Positions 5,663 through 15,589 of a DNA stretch of 64,000 bases are shown here, one piece after another. The notes beneath the pieces are model-generated. The model saw only the letters and a program-made list of their open reading frames with translations, did not search any database and was not told the DNA's origin. The position numbers were made by a program, and so were the translations under genes. The DNA is from a virus. The DNA lies in the IMG/VR virus record IMGVR_UViG_3300035670_000106, positions 1 through 64,000 of that record; one strand, 5' to 3'. Every line of letters starts with the position of its first letter. The stretch's first letter is position 1.

Positions 5663-6145
5663 ATGTTACCAACACAACCGCCCGTATATTCACCAGCGCA
5701 GTCAGTAGTTATATCTCCAGAAGCGCTGGAAATAGCCAATATGTACCTTACTACTCAAAATGTCCAAAAAACGGCCCAAGAGCTCGGAGTAGCACCTGAG
5801 TTAGTGTCCGAAACTTTAGATAGACGAGAAGTACGAGCATATATTGATAATCTCTTTCTAGACGCAGGATTCAATAATCGGTTCAGGATGAGAGAAGTAA
5901 TGGATGCCATTATTAGCAAAAAGTTGCAGGAACTCGACGAGGCAGAGGTCGGAAGCAGCAAGGATATTGCAGATCTTCTAGCACTGTCACATAAAATGAC
6001 AATGGATATTCTCGACCGTCAGATCAAATTAGAGACACTTAAAGCAAGTAATGGAGTTAAAACACAAGTTAATATGCAAGTGAACGAATTTGGAGGAGAT
6101 ACCAAATACGCAGCACTCATATCAAAGTTACTCGGAGCTAAGTAA
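5663..6145 (+). CDS. terS: Terminase small subunit
   Basis: T5-like TerS: 160 aa, 'ISPEALEIANMYL', 'SSKDIADLL'; upstream of TerL. Confidence 0.85.
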   Translation: MLPTQPPVYSPAQSVVISPEALEIANMYLTTQNVQKTAQELGVAPELVSETLDRREVRAYIDNLFLDAGFNNRFRMREVMDAIISKKLQELDEAEVGSSKDIADLLALSHKMTMDILDRQIKLETLKASNGVKTQVNMQVNEFGGDTKYAALISKLLGAK

Positions 6146-7375
6146 TTGTTTACAAATGCAAGAGATGAAGCAGTATTATTATACAATAAAGGCACAAAGT
6201 TATTAGAGCAGAAGAAACCAGAAAAAGCTTTAAGCTACTTTAAAAAAGTATTAAAAATATACAAGTGTAAAGAAGCTTACACAAATGGTGGAAACTGCTT
6301 AAGAATGCTCGACCGTGATACCGAGATGTTTAAATGGTACGAACTTGCACTAGATCCTAAAACCCCTTTTTTAGAGCCTACAAGTCAGACAGATTTACAT
6401 GCTCGCAATAATTTAGGGTTGGCGTATTTCACTTATGGTAATGACAATAAAGCTATAGAGCTTTATACTCAGTGTATAAAAGAAAAAGAAGATTTTTGGG
6501 AAGCATGGTGGAACTGTTCCACCGCCACCCTTAGAAAAGCTTCCGCAGGAGAAGTAAGTCTATTTCCTAAAGGGTGGGAGATGTATGAAGCTAGGTTCCT
6601 GAAAGGGGAGTCTATAAAGTTAAAAAATAGAAGAGAAAACTTACCCTATTGGGATGGTACAAGTAGCGGAGAAGACATTGTAATCTTAGTAGAGCAAGGC
6701 ATTGGTGATAGTATAATGTTTGGAAGGTATATCACTAAGCTACAAGAAAAGTTCTCTAGAGTATTTGTACAATGCGATGCTCAGTTAGATAATTTGTTCA
6801 AGCATATAGGAGCTATACCTATAAGAGACCCTATTGAAATTTCTTCTGATTCTTTAGTGGCAGTACCTATGTGTAGCTTAGGAAAGTTTTTTGATTTAGT
6901 AGAAGCAGAATGGTTAAAAAGTTATGGAACGGCTCATGAATTTCCTAAAGATAGTTATAACATTGGTGTTGTATGGTCTGGTAGCCCTTCCCATGCTAAC
7001 GATAGGCATAGGAGCATTTATCACGGTAAGCTTAGGGGGCTTAGTCGCTTCGGTAGGCTTTACAATCTCAATCCTTCTGTTGATACTCCTTCGTGGATTA
7101 ATAAACTTCCTATATCGACATGGGATGATACCGTCCGGTACGTTAGGGGATTGGATCTTGTTATCTCTGTGGATACGTCGATAGTACACCTATGCGGAAC
7201 TTTAGGTGTAGAGTGCTGGATGATGCAGCCCTATAAAGAAACAGATTTTAGATGGGGGCATGGAGAATCAGTTTGGTATGACAGCGTAAAAATTTATAAT
7301 AATCCGCAGTCGTGGGAAACTGTAATTTCTAGGGTAAGTAGAGACTTGGAGGCTCGCGTTGCTAACAATAAGTAA
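6146..7375 (+). CDS. TPR-containing glycosyltransferase (GT9/GT-B-like)
   Basis: N-terminal TPRs; 'EQGIGDSIMFGRY', 'GVVWSGSPSH', 'LDLVISVDTSIVHLCGTLG'; TTG start with GGAG RBS. Confidence 0.85.
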   Translation: MFTNARDEAVLLYNKGTKLLEQKKPEKALSYFKKVLKIYKCKEAYTNGGNCLRMLDRDTEMFKWYELALDPKTPFLEPTSQTDLHARNNLGLAYFTYGNDNKAIELYTQCIKEKEDFWEAWWNCSTATLRKASAGEVSLFPKGWEMYEARFLKGESIKLKNRRENLPYWDGTSSGEDIVILVEQGIGDSIMFGRYITKLQEKFSRVFVQCDAQLDNLFKHIGAIPIRDPIEISSDSLVAVPMCSLGKFFDLVEAEWLKSYGTAHEFPKDSYNIGVVWSGSPSHANDRHRSIYHGKLRGLSRFGRLYNLNPSVDTPSWINKLPISTWDDTVRYVRGLDLVISVDTSIVHLCGTLGVECWMMQPYKETDFRWGHGESVWYDSVKIYNNPQSWETVISRVSRDLEARVANNK

Positions 7376-8666
7376 ACCAGGAATAAATGCTGATTTTATT
7401 GAAGAGCTAGATGTTGCCGATAGGTTTATAAAACTACCTATTGATAAGTACTTGCAACTTCTGCCTTCGCCAGACAGAAATGGGTCCGTATTTGATAACT
7501 TAAATAGACCCCAAATTGCACTAATCAACGCAATTAACTCGCCATCATACAGATTTGTATGTGCTGCGTTAAGTCGACGCTTAGGAAAAACTTATATAGC
7601 AAATGTTATAGCACAGCTAGTTCTGCTAATACCTGATGTAGAAGTACTAATTATGTCGCCTAACTACTCTTTATCAAATATTAGTTTCGAGTTACAGCGT
7701 AAGCTAGTGTCAACTTTTGATTTAGAAGTAACTAGAGATAACGTTAAAGATCGCGTTATAGAGCTATCAAACGGATCAGTAATTCGTGCAGGCTCCGTCA
7801 ATCAAGTAGATAGTTGCGTTGGACGTTCCTATCAGCTAATCTTGTTTGATGAGGCGGCTCTATCCGCTGATGGGGAGGCAGCATTTAATGTATCGTTACG
7901 ACCAACACTAGATAAACCAAATAGTAAAGCTATATTTATCTCGACACCTCGTGGAAAGAAGAACTGGTTCTCTAGGTTTCATGCTCGTGGATTTAGCAAA
8001 GAGTACCCTGAATGGATCTCCCTAACTGCTGACTGGACAGAGAATACCAGAATGTCTGCAAAAGACGTTGAAGAAGCTCGTAGAATTATGTCAGCTGCGG
8101 AATTCGAACAGGAATATATGGCCTCCTTCAATTCTTACCAAGGGCAGATTTACGCACTATCGAATGAAAACATTATTGAAGAACTACCTCCCGGCAAATA
8201 CGAATTCTTTGGCGGATTAGACCCTGGATATAAGGATCCAACTGCTTTCGTAGTTATAGCATACAATTTAGAAGAAGACTTCTATGTTGTAGTTGATGAC
8301 TATAAAGAAGCTGAAAAGAATACTAGAGAGCACGCCTTTGAGATAAAGAACTTAATTAATAAATGGAATGTTGATGCTATCTTTATTGATAGCGCTGCTC
8401 CGCAGTTCTCGGCTGACTTAGCATATCTATATGATATAGCTACGCTAAAAGCTAAGAAGCAAGTGCTAGAAGGTATTGCCTTCTGCCAAACTATAGTTCA
8501 GCAGGATAAGTTAAAAGTAATGGCCCACTGTCACTGGACTATTGATGCACTCGATCAATACCAATGGGACCCAAATGAAGCATTGGTAAAAGAAAAGCCT
8601 CTACATAATGAAGCTTCGCATATTGCAGATGCTCTTAGATACGCTTTATACACCTTTACTATCTAA
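7359..8666 (+). CDS. terL: Terminase large subunit
   Basis: Walker A 'SRRLGKT', Walker B 'ILFDEAA', 'ISTPRG', RNase H-like 'GLDPG' and 'HIADALRY'. Confidence 0.95.
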   Translation: MLTISKPGINADFIEELDVADRFIKLPIDKYLQLLPSPDRNGSVFDNLNRPQIALINAINSPSYRFVCAALSRRLGKTYIANVIAQLVLLIPDVEVLIMSPNYSLSNISFELQRKLVSTFDLEVTRDNVKDRVIELSNGSVIRAGSVNQVDSCVGRSYQLILFDEAALSADGEAAFNVSLRPTLDKPNSKAIFISTPRGKKNWFSRFHARGFSKEYPEWISLTADWTENTRMSAKDVEEARRIMSAAEFEQEYMASFNSYQGQIYALSNENIIEELPPGKYEFFGGLDPGYKDPTAFVVIAYNLEEDFYVVVDDYKEAEKNTREHAFEIKNLINKWNVDAIFIDSAAPQFSADLAYLYDIATLKAKKQVLEGIAFCQTIVQQDKLKVMAHCHWTIDALDQYQWDPNEALVKEKPLHNEASHIADALRYALYTFTI

Positions 8667-10082
8667 GACCCATACATCATTACCAGAATCATATACAGGG
8701 TAGAAACCTTCTTTAGCCATAATTTCTTTTTCAGTTAGCTCTTCAGAGTAGCTATCAGGAAACATATCTTTTAGTAAGTATTTTTGGCACTGGTACCTAC
8801 TAAGACGCTTACTGTATCCCCTATAATAAGCGTAATTAGGTCTGCTAGTATGAGATAGAAAAAACCCAAGAGATTTATAAAGATCACCATTAGACCATCT
8901 TCTATCTGAATAAGATATAATACTTCCCTTATGCTCCTTTCTGAAACTATTGAGTAATTTCGAAGCTCCTCCAACTACATTTATTCCAATTTTGGAACAA
9001 TAGCGAACTAGTTCATAATTATAAGAATTATTAAATCTAGGAGTATTAAAAGTCATTACCGCTATTAACTCTCCGTCTAATACTAATCCATAGTTATACT
9101 TAGTTGGAGATCCTGCCCCTTGTAAGTGATTGTTTACCAAGAAATCCCTAGGAAAGCCTATCTTAACTATAGAGCATTTTCTAGCATACACTTTATCATT
9201 TAAATTCAGCAAGCTACTTATTTTAGATCTAACTATACTTTGTTTTAGTCTCCATTCGTCTTCATTAATATGTACTAGTCTATACCCTACTTCTTTTATT
9301 TTTTCAGTTTTAAAATTAAAAGAATACTCATCTTCTTTATGCCAGTATATACCATTATACTCAAAAGCAATCCCTAAGTCTGGTAATACTATATCTAATT
9401 CCTTACCTCCTAATATACTTCTATCATTACGTTCAATCCATCCAGGGTATACAGAAAAAATAAATTTATATAATTCTTCCTCACCCTTTGATACATTAGG
9501 AAAACAAGTACGACAAGTACTGCCAGAATTATCTGTTAGTAGAGCATTTGGAATAATATCCCACTCATGCCCACAGCTACCTCTTACAGTAACCCTACTT
9601 TTAGCACTTATATATTTACCTACTACTTTAAGATTAAATTTATCAAAAACTTCCTTTTCAAAAAACTCCTGAGGCTTAGTACCAGTAGTCACAGGTATTC
9701 CAGCACATATTCTACAAATACTATTAACACCTTTTTCTAGAATTTTTGTTGGAATAATATCCCACTCATGCCCACAGTCGCCACGTACCTTAATACTAGT
9801 TTTAGCAGTTTTATATTCTTCTAACAAAGTTAGTTTAGGGTACTTAGAAAGTAATTCACTCTTAAATGTTTCATTAGTTTTTCTATTATGTGCTACTCTA
9901 GGACTACATTTAGGACATCTTGACTTATCTCCTCGATTAACTAAATTACCATAAATAGCATTCCAAGAAGTATCACAAGTATTACACTTTAAAAGTATCT
10001 TATTTTTAGAACCTAAGTACTCGCTAATTACACTAATATTAGGATATAAGCTATGTACTTTATCAATATACTTATTTGACAT
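8646..10082 (-). CDS. Hef-like endonuclease: Zn-ribbon repeats + PD-(D/E)xK domain + GNAT/Mom-like domain
   Basis: CxxC/CGHEW repeats; 'ELDIVLPDLGIAFEYNGIYWH'; 'NHLQG', 'ELVRYCS', 'GGASKLL', 'SYSDRRWSNGDLY'. Confidence 0.75.
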   Translation of the reverse strand: MSNKYIDKVHSLYPNISVISEYLGSKNKILLKCNTCDTSWNAIYGNLVNRGDKSRCPKCSPRVAHNRKTNETFKSELLSKYPKLTLLEEYKTAKTSIKVRGDCGHEWDIIPTKILEKGVNSICRICAGIPVTTGTKPQEFFEKEVFDKFNLKVVGKYISAKSRVTVRGSCGHEWDIIPNALLTDNSGSTCRTCFPNVSKGEEELYKFIFSVYPGWIERNDRSILGGKELDIVLPDLGIAFEYNGIYWHKEDEYSFNFKTEKIKEVGYRLVHINEDEWRLKQSIVRSKISSLLNLNDKVYARKCSIVKIGFPRDFLVNNHLQGAGSPTKYNYGLVLDGELIAVMTFNTPRFNNSYNYELVRYCSKIGINVVGGASKLLNSFRKEHKGSIISYSDRRWSNGDLYKSLGFFLSHTSRPNYAYYRGYSKRLSRYQCQKYLLKDMFPDSYSEELTEKEIMAKEGFYPVYDSGNDVWVLDSKGV

Positions 10083-10112
10083 TTGTAAAATTTCCTCATT
10101 TGTAGAAATTTT

Positions 10113-10141
10113 ATTATAGCATATAAGTATAATAATTTCAA
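10113..10141 (-). promoter_or_regulatory. sigma70 promoter of the hef-like gene
   Basis: TTGAAA-N17-TATAAT with extended TG on the minus strand. Confidence 0.7.
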
Positions 10142-10162
10142 TACTAAAATTTTATAGGTTAT

Positions 10163-10678
10163 ATGACAGCAGGAATTTATAAACTAACCTTTTCAGATGG
10201 TTCTATTTACGTAGGTAAAAGCGTAAACATTGATAAACGATGGAAACAGCACGCTAAAGCCTTTGTAGCAGGTACTCATACTAAAAGTATGCAGCAAGCA
10301 TATAATAAATATGGAGAACCTGTTTATACCATAATTATTTATTGCCATCCAGACCATATAGATATTCTAGAAAACTACTATATAGGATGTTACTGGGGCA
10401 ATGAGAAAATACTTAATTCAACCGCCCCGATTTGGTACAATGATGCAGACTTAGAGGTAATAGAAGAATACCCTATGGAATACTGGAAGATTAGTACTTT
10501 TGATCATCTGCGTAGCTTGGCCTCGCTAGAAGCCCGGAATGGGCTTTTAGAAAGTAAACTGCAGCGATCTAAGAAAGCTCAAACTATTTCTGAGCTGGAA
10601 GCAAAGATCACAGAGTTAAAACGAGATAACGCCGCCTTACGAAATAGAAGTTTTTTAGAACGACTTTTCAACCTTTAG
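10163..10678 (+). CDS. GIY-YIG endonuclease with C-terminal coiled coil
   Basis: 'GIYKL...IYVGKS..IDKRWKQH' and conserved E and N. Confidence 0.85.
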   Translation: MTAGIYKLTFSDGSIYVGKSVNIDKRWKQHAKAFVAGTHTKSMQQAYNKYGEPVYTIIIYCHPDHIDILENYYIGCYWGNEKILNSTAPIWYNDADLEVIEEYPMEYWKISTFDHLRSLASLEARNGLLESKLQRSKKAQTISELEAKITELKRDNAALRNRSFLERLFNL

Positions 10679-10723
10679 GGGTCAAGGAGGGGCTATAAAA
10701 AGAAACCAAAGCCACCTAAAAGT

Positions 10724-10756
10724 AATAAAGCCCGCCTTAGTGCGGGCTTTATTTTT
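10724..10756 (+). terminator. Intrinsic terminator
   Basis: AATAAAGCCCGC-loop-GCGGGCTTTATT followed by T-tract. Confidence 0.85.
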
Positions 10757-10780
10757 ACCTTAGCTTAAAAAATTTTATCA

Positions 10781-10809
10781 TTGACTTTAGCTTCCTCAAG
10801 TGTTATAAT
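10781..10809 (+). promoter_or_regulatory. Late sigma70 promoter (head operon)
   Basis: TTGACT-N17-TATAAT, extended -10. Confidence 0.85.
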
Positions 10810-10858
10810 ACCCCTATAATACTAAATTGTGTAAACTTTTTTAAACTCGGAAATAAGA

Positions 10859-11296
10859 ATGGCGGTAAATACTAATAAGAGAGTAGCAGTTAAGCATGTG
10901 CGGGACAAAGCTAAGTCAGCTTACGAAAAGAAGTCACAATGCCATATTTGTGAGTCTACTGAGGAGCTGGAGCTCCACCATACTAACTCAATTTCTTTGC
11001 TACTAGAAAAGTGGGCGAAGAAAAAAGGCTATGATATTAGTACAGACGAAGGAATTCTTAGAGTTCGGGACGAGTTTATTGAGGAGCATCACTCTGAGAT
11101 ATACGATGAGGTTTTTACCTTATGTAATAAGCATCATGTTAATTTACATAAGGTATTCGGCAAAGCCCCTGAATTACATACAGCATTAAAGCAGAGTAGA
11201 TGGATTGAAAAACAACGAGCTAAGTTCCTTGGCCTAGAGTTAGAGGAAACTCCTCAAGGCGATAAACCTAAAGGACTATTTAGTAAGTTTTATTAA
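10859..11296 (+). CDS. T5-like HNH nicking endonuclease
   Basis: 'CHIC...ELHH...TLCNKHHVNLH'; syntenic with the T5 gene between TerL and portal. Confidence 0.8.
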   Translation: MAVNTNKRVAVKHVRDKAKSAYEKKSQCHICESTEELELHHTNSISLLLEKWAKKKGYDISTDEGILRVRDEFIEEHHSEIYDEVFTLCNKHHVNLHKVFGKAPELHTALKQSRWIEKQRAKFLGLELEETPQGDKPKGLFSKFY

Positions 11297-11305
11297 AGGA
11301 TTCCT

Positions 11306-12490
11306 ATGGACTGGAGTATTAAAAACTGGTTCAAGACAAAAGAGAATAGAGCGCAAGAAGATATAGCTATATCAGAAGGGTACGCAGTTTATAGTGATGC
11401 TCCAGTATCTTACGCACAAGCATATGAAGCTTTAGAGTCAGTATCTCGTGGAACTAATATGATTGTTAGTGCTGCAGCAGGCCTTGACTTTGATGTAAAA
11501 GATAAGACTGTTGAAGGTGTGGTAGCAGGCGTTAGACAGAAAACACTATACAATTTATTGAACTTTAAACCTAACCCGTACCAATCTATTCAAGATTTCA
11601 GAACTCAAATATTCACTGACTTTATATTAGAAGGCAATGCTTTCATTTATTATGACGGAGCTTACTTATACCATCTCCCAGCGAGTAAAGTATCGGTGCT
11701 ACCAGACCCTAAAACTTTCGTAGCCGGATATGAATACAATGGTAACACGAAGTTTAAAGCAGATGAAATAATTCATATAAAAGATCTAAGCAGTAGTTCA
11801 GTGTACAGGGGATCGAGTCGTCTTTCAGCTGCTGCAAGAACTATTAGTTTATTATACAAGATGCACGAGTTTCAAGAAAAGTTCTTCGATAACGGAGCTG
11901 TTCTAGGTTTAGTATTTGAAACAGAAAATACACTTAGTCAATTAGCCAAAGATCGTACTATACTTACTTGGAAACAAAAATACAACGTTAAGAATGGGGC
12001 AAAAAGTCCACTAATTCTTGACAGCGGTCTCAAATTAAAGCATGTTGGAGACTCTAGTTTTAAAGACATGGATTTTGACACGTCTATTAAGACTCATAAT
12101 TTAAAAATTTTAATGGCGTTAGGGGTTCCTCAAGTTCTAATAGATGGAGGGAACAACGCCAATATTTCGCCTAATCTAAGATTGTTCTACCTAGAGACAG
12201 TACTTCCAATAGTTAGAAGATTAACTTCCGCAGTAGAACTTTATTTTGGATACGATGTAGATATAGTAACTTCTAATGTATCCGCCCTTCAGCCAGAGAT
12301 AAAGGAAATCGCCTCTTATCATGCAACTCTAGTTAATGGTGGTATCATTACACCTAACGAGGCGCGTATAGAGCTGCGTTATCCTATTAAACCTGGTCAA
12401 GATGACATTAGAGTGCCAGCAAATATAGCAGGATCAGCTGCTAATCCAAATGAAGGTGGTGCTCCCAAAAAGGATAGCAATGCACCGTAA
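11306..12490 (+). CDS. Portal protein (HK97 type)
   Basis: 'LLNFKPNPYQS', 'GNAFIY', 'FFDNGA', 'GIITPNEAR'. Confidence 0.95.
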   Translation: MDWSIKNWFKTKENRAQEDIAISEGYAVYSDAPVSYAQAYEALESVSRGTNMIVSAAAGLDFDVKDKTVEGVVAGVRQKTLYNLLNFKPNPYQSIQDFRTQIFTDFILEGNAFIYYDGAYLYHLPASKVSVLPDPKTFVAGYEYNGNTKFKADEIIHIKDLSSSSVYRGSSRLSAAARTISLLYKMHEFQEKFFDNGAVLGLVFETENTLSQLAKDRTILTWKQKYNVKNGAKSPLILDSGLKLKHVGDSSFKDMDFDTSIKTHNLKILMALGVPQVLIDGGNNANISPNLRLFYLETVLPIVRRLTSAVELYFGYDVDIVTSNVSALQPEIKEIASYHATLVNGGIITPNEARIELRYPIKPGQDDIRVPANIAGSAANPNEGGAPKKDSNAP

Positions 12491-12498
12491 GGAGATTT

Positions 12499-14415
12499 AT
12501 GAATAGTAAGATTTTATATCTTAATCACGTCTTTGAGAAGAGTGCCTCGGGAGAAGATAGCCTAAGTATCGAAGGATACGCTAACTGCACCACTGTTGAT
12601 CGCAGCGGTGATATTATCCCAATGACCGCATGGTCAAAGGCTTTGGATAACTATTTAAAGAACCCAATTATTTTAGCCTACCACAAACATTCTCAGCCAA
12701 TAGGAAAGATGGTTGAGCATAGGGTAGACGACAAAGGATTGTGGATAAAAGCCAAAATCTCTGCAGCCGCAGGAGATGTTTATAATTTGATTAAGGATGG
12801 TGTACTTACAGCATTTAGTGTTGGTTTTATAGTTAAAGATGCCACCTATGATGCAGTAACAGATCTTTTTGTAATTAAAGATCTAGAGCTACTAGAAGTT
12901 TCTGTAGTTTCTGTACCAGCTAATCAAGATAGTACATTTAGTCTTTCTAAATCATTTGAAAATACAGAAGACTATAATAATTTTAAGAATCAATTTGCTA
13001 AGACGATCGAAACAGCTAAAGGGCTAGATTCATCTGATGAGCAGAAATCTGATCAATCAAAAAAGGAATGGAATATGGATCCTAAAGAATTAGAACAATT
13101 ACTTGCTAACGCTGCTGAGAAGGCTGCTGCTGCTGTTTATGAGAAGCAAGCTGCTGAGAAGGCTGCTGCTGAGAAGGCTGCTAAGGAAGCAATCGAATTA
13201 GAAGCAAAAATCAAATCTGTAGTTTCTACAGTTGATACAGGCGCTGAGCGTCTAATGGCTGATATTGAGAAGCGTTTCGCTGAACAGGCCGACACACAGA
13301 AATCAGCTCTAGCTGGTCTAGAAGCTGCTATTAAAGAGAAAGCTGCCGAACTTGAGGCCATTCAAAAGTCTAAGATGCAGTTCTCTGACAAACAAGGTTC
13401 AGATACTATTGAGTATGCTGACAAAGAGAAGGCTGTTCTTCTTTCAAAAATTACTCGTAAAGCTGTGGATGAGACCAAATTTGGTCGTACATTGGTTGAA
13501 AAAGCCAGTCTATCTCCTCACCAGCCTACTAATGGTTCAGATCGTTGGGAAACAGAAGTTTCCAACAACATGGAAAATGAGATCCGTAGAAAGCTAGTTA
13601 TGGCTCCTCTATTCCGTAATCTAAACATGCAAACCAATGTTATGAAGATTCCTGTCAATCCTGAAGCAGGTTTCGCAACATGGATGGCTAACTCAGCTTT
13701 CGGTACTACAGCTTCTCCTGGAGCTACCCAGTTACATACCTTCAACGAGATTACTCTAAGTGCATATAAAGTTGCTACTAACGAGTATCTAAACTACGAA
13801 GAAGAAGAAGATTCACTGATCGTTCTTCTGCCTATCATCCGTGATGCTATGATTCGTAGAGTTGCTAAGGCTGTTGATAAGGCATTCCTATTGGGTGCTG
13901 GTGCAGGCTCTGATCCTGTCAAGGGTAGCGCACTTTATGATGCTACCTCAGCTGTTACAGCTTCAGTTACAGCTTCTGCCTCTATCTCTAACCTACGTGC
14001 TCTACGTAAAGATCTAGGTGCATGGGGTCTTGACCCTTCTGAACTAGTTTATGTCGTTTCTACCGAAGTTTATTACGATCTTCTAGATGACACACTGTTC
14101 CAGACCATGGACAAAGTAGGTTCAGTTGCTACTCTATTAACTGGTCAAGTAGGCTCAGTTGGTAACACCCCAGTTATCGTTTCTGATGCTTTCCCAACAA
14201 AGGCTTCTGGTACAACTTCTGCAGCTACCAATATCGGTGCAATCTGTATTGCTCCTGGTAACTTCATCGTTGGTAACCAGCGTGGTCTACGTCTAGATAC
14301 TCAGGATCTAGTTGAGACACAGCGTAAAGTTATGGTCGCTTCTCTACGTACCGGTATGACACAAATCTCTACCGCTAACGGTATGGGCGTTTCAACTTTC
14401 CGTTGGACAGTCTAA
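12499..14415 (+). CDS. Prohead protease fused in frame to major capsid protein
   Basis: N-terminal HK97 protease motifs ('AYH', 'FSVGF', 'EVSVVSVPANQ'); coiled-coil delta domain; HK97 capsid fold; internal AAGGA RBS and ATG at 13075. Confidence 0.9.
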   Translation: MNSKILYLNHVFEKSASGEDSLSIEGYANCTTVDRSGDIIPMTAWSKALDNYLKNPIILAYHKHSQPIGKMVEHRVDDKGLWIKAKISAAAGDVYNLIKDGVLTAFSVGFIVKDATYDAVTDLFVIKDLELLEVSVVSVPANQDSTFSLSKSFENTEDYNNFKNQFAKTIETAKGLDSSDEQKSDQSKKEWNMDPKELEQLLANAAEKAAAAVYEKQAAEKAAAEKAAKEAIELEAKIKSVVSTVDTGAERLMADIEKRFAEQADTQKSALAGLEAAIKEKAAELEAIQKSKMQFSDKQGSDTIEYADKEKAVLLSKITRKAVDETKFGRTLVEKASLSPHQPTNGSDRWETEVSNNMENEIRRKLVMAPLFRNLNMQTNVMKIPVNPEAGFATWMANSAFGTTASPGATQLHTFNEITLSAYKVATNEYLNYEEEEDSLIVLLPIIRDAMIRRVAKAVDKAFLLGAGAGSDPVKGSALYDATSAVTASVTASASISNLRALRKDLGAWGLDPSELVYVVSTEVYYDLLDDTLFQTMDKVGSVATLLTGQVGSVGNTPVIVSDAFPTKASGTTSAATNIGAICIAPGNFIVGNQRGLRLDTQDLVETQRKVMVASLRTGMTQISTANGMGVSTFRWTV

Positions 14416-14417
14416 TT

Positions 14418-14487
14418 TAAGAAGGGGGAGTATACCTCCCCCTTCTTATACTTTAGTGTACCTTTTTGTACACTAAAGTATAAGAAG
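14418..14487 (+). terminator. Overlapping 13-bp and 20-bp hairpins after the capsid gene
   Basis: Perfect inverted repeats 14418-14448 and 14442-14487. Confidence 0.75.
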
Positions 14488-14501
14488 TATAGGAGAAAGT
14501 C

Positions 14502-15071
14502 GTGGCAAAGGATTTAATTACTGTAGCAGAATACAAAGCATATGCCGGTATCTCTAGTACTCAGAAGGACGCCTCGATAGCTCTTTTGATACCTAAGATT
14601 AGCGCATTCTGTAAATCATACTGCAAAAGAACTTTTGTAGATTATGTAGAAGATGCAAAAGTAGAAATGTACAATGGCGGAGAATATTTTGTACTAGGTG
14701 AGACCCCAGTTTTAAGTGTATCAAGTGTAGAAGTATCTGAAGACTATGGTAAATCATATTCAGCTCTTACAGAGTATACAGATTACGTCTTAGATATATC
14801 AGAGGCTACTATAAAACCACTATCTTCAACCGCGAAGTTCGTACCATTGTTAAATGGGTACAGAGTAACGTATAATGCTGGATTTGAAGTAGTTCCGGAA
14901 GATTTAAAGATTGCTGTAATGGATTTATTAACATACTATCTAAAAGGTGATATGGCAGTCAAGTCTCAGAGAGACGCAGGGTCCAATACAGTTCAGATTG
15001 AGTATATAACTAAGAATACTTTGCCGGCACATATTGCCAGAGTATTTGATTTATATATTGCAAGTATGTAA
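14502..15071 (+). CDS. Head completion / head-tail adaptor (T5 p144-like)
   Basis: Position after MCP; 'YNAGFEVVPEDLKIA', 'LPAHIARVFDLY'. Confidence 0.85.
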   Translation: MAKDLITVAEYKAYAGISSTQKDASIALLIPKISAFCKSYCKRTFVDYVEDAKVEMYNGGEYFVLGETPVLSVSSVEVSEDYGKSYSALTEYTDYVLDISEATIKPLSSTAKFVPLLNGYRVTYNAGFEVVPEDLKIAVMDLLTYYLKGDMAVKSQRDAGSNTVQIEYITKNTLPAHIARVFDLYIASM

Positions 15072-15079
15072 GGAACCGT

Positions 15080-15523
15080 ATGTCTGTAAGAACAAGTATA
15101 GCTAAAGCTCTAGCTGAAAAACTAAAAAGTATAGACGGTTCTACTGGGTATAAAACCAATATTTTTAATAACGCTTATCCTTATTTAAAATTCTGGGATG
15201 AGGTAGCAGATTTCCCTTCTATCTATATGACTGTAGGTATGGAAACTCGTGAATACCATCCGGGAGGCTTTAAGTGGGGATACTTAAATATAACTCTTAA
15301 ATTATATGTGCAGGGGGAAGAACCTGCGCAGACACTAGAATTACTTCTCGAAGATGTTGAGAAAGTAATTGACACAAACAGAACCTTAGTATACGACGAA
15401 ACTACACCAGGGGCTCAAACTGTAGAGATACTGATCACATCTATAGTTACTGACGAAGGGCTACTAGAACCTTATGGAGTAGGGGAAGTTAATATTACCG
15501 TTCAATATCAGGTACTCAGTTAA
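15080..15523 (+). CDS. Tail terminator protein (T5 p142-like)
   Basis: 'RTSIAKAL', 'FWDEVADFP', 'TDEGLLEPYGVGE'. Confidence 0.85.
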   Translation: MSVRTSIAKALAEKLKSIDGSTGYKTNIFNNAYPYLKFWDEVADFPSIYMTVGMETREYHPGGFKWGYLNITLKLYVQGEEPAQTLELLLEDVEKVIDTNRTLVYDETTPGAQTVEILITSIVTDEGLLEPYGVGEVNITVQYQVLS

Positions 15524-15589
15524 TTATGCACAGATAAATATCTAGTCTACATTACTGAGAACTTAATACCATATTTAAAGGAATAAGAT

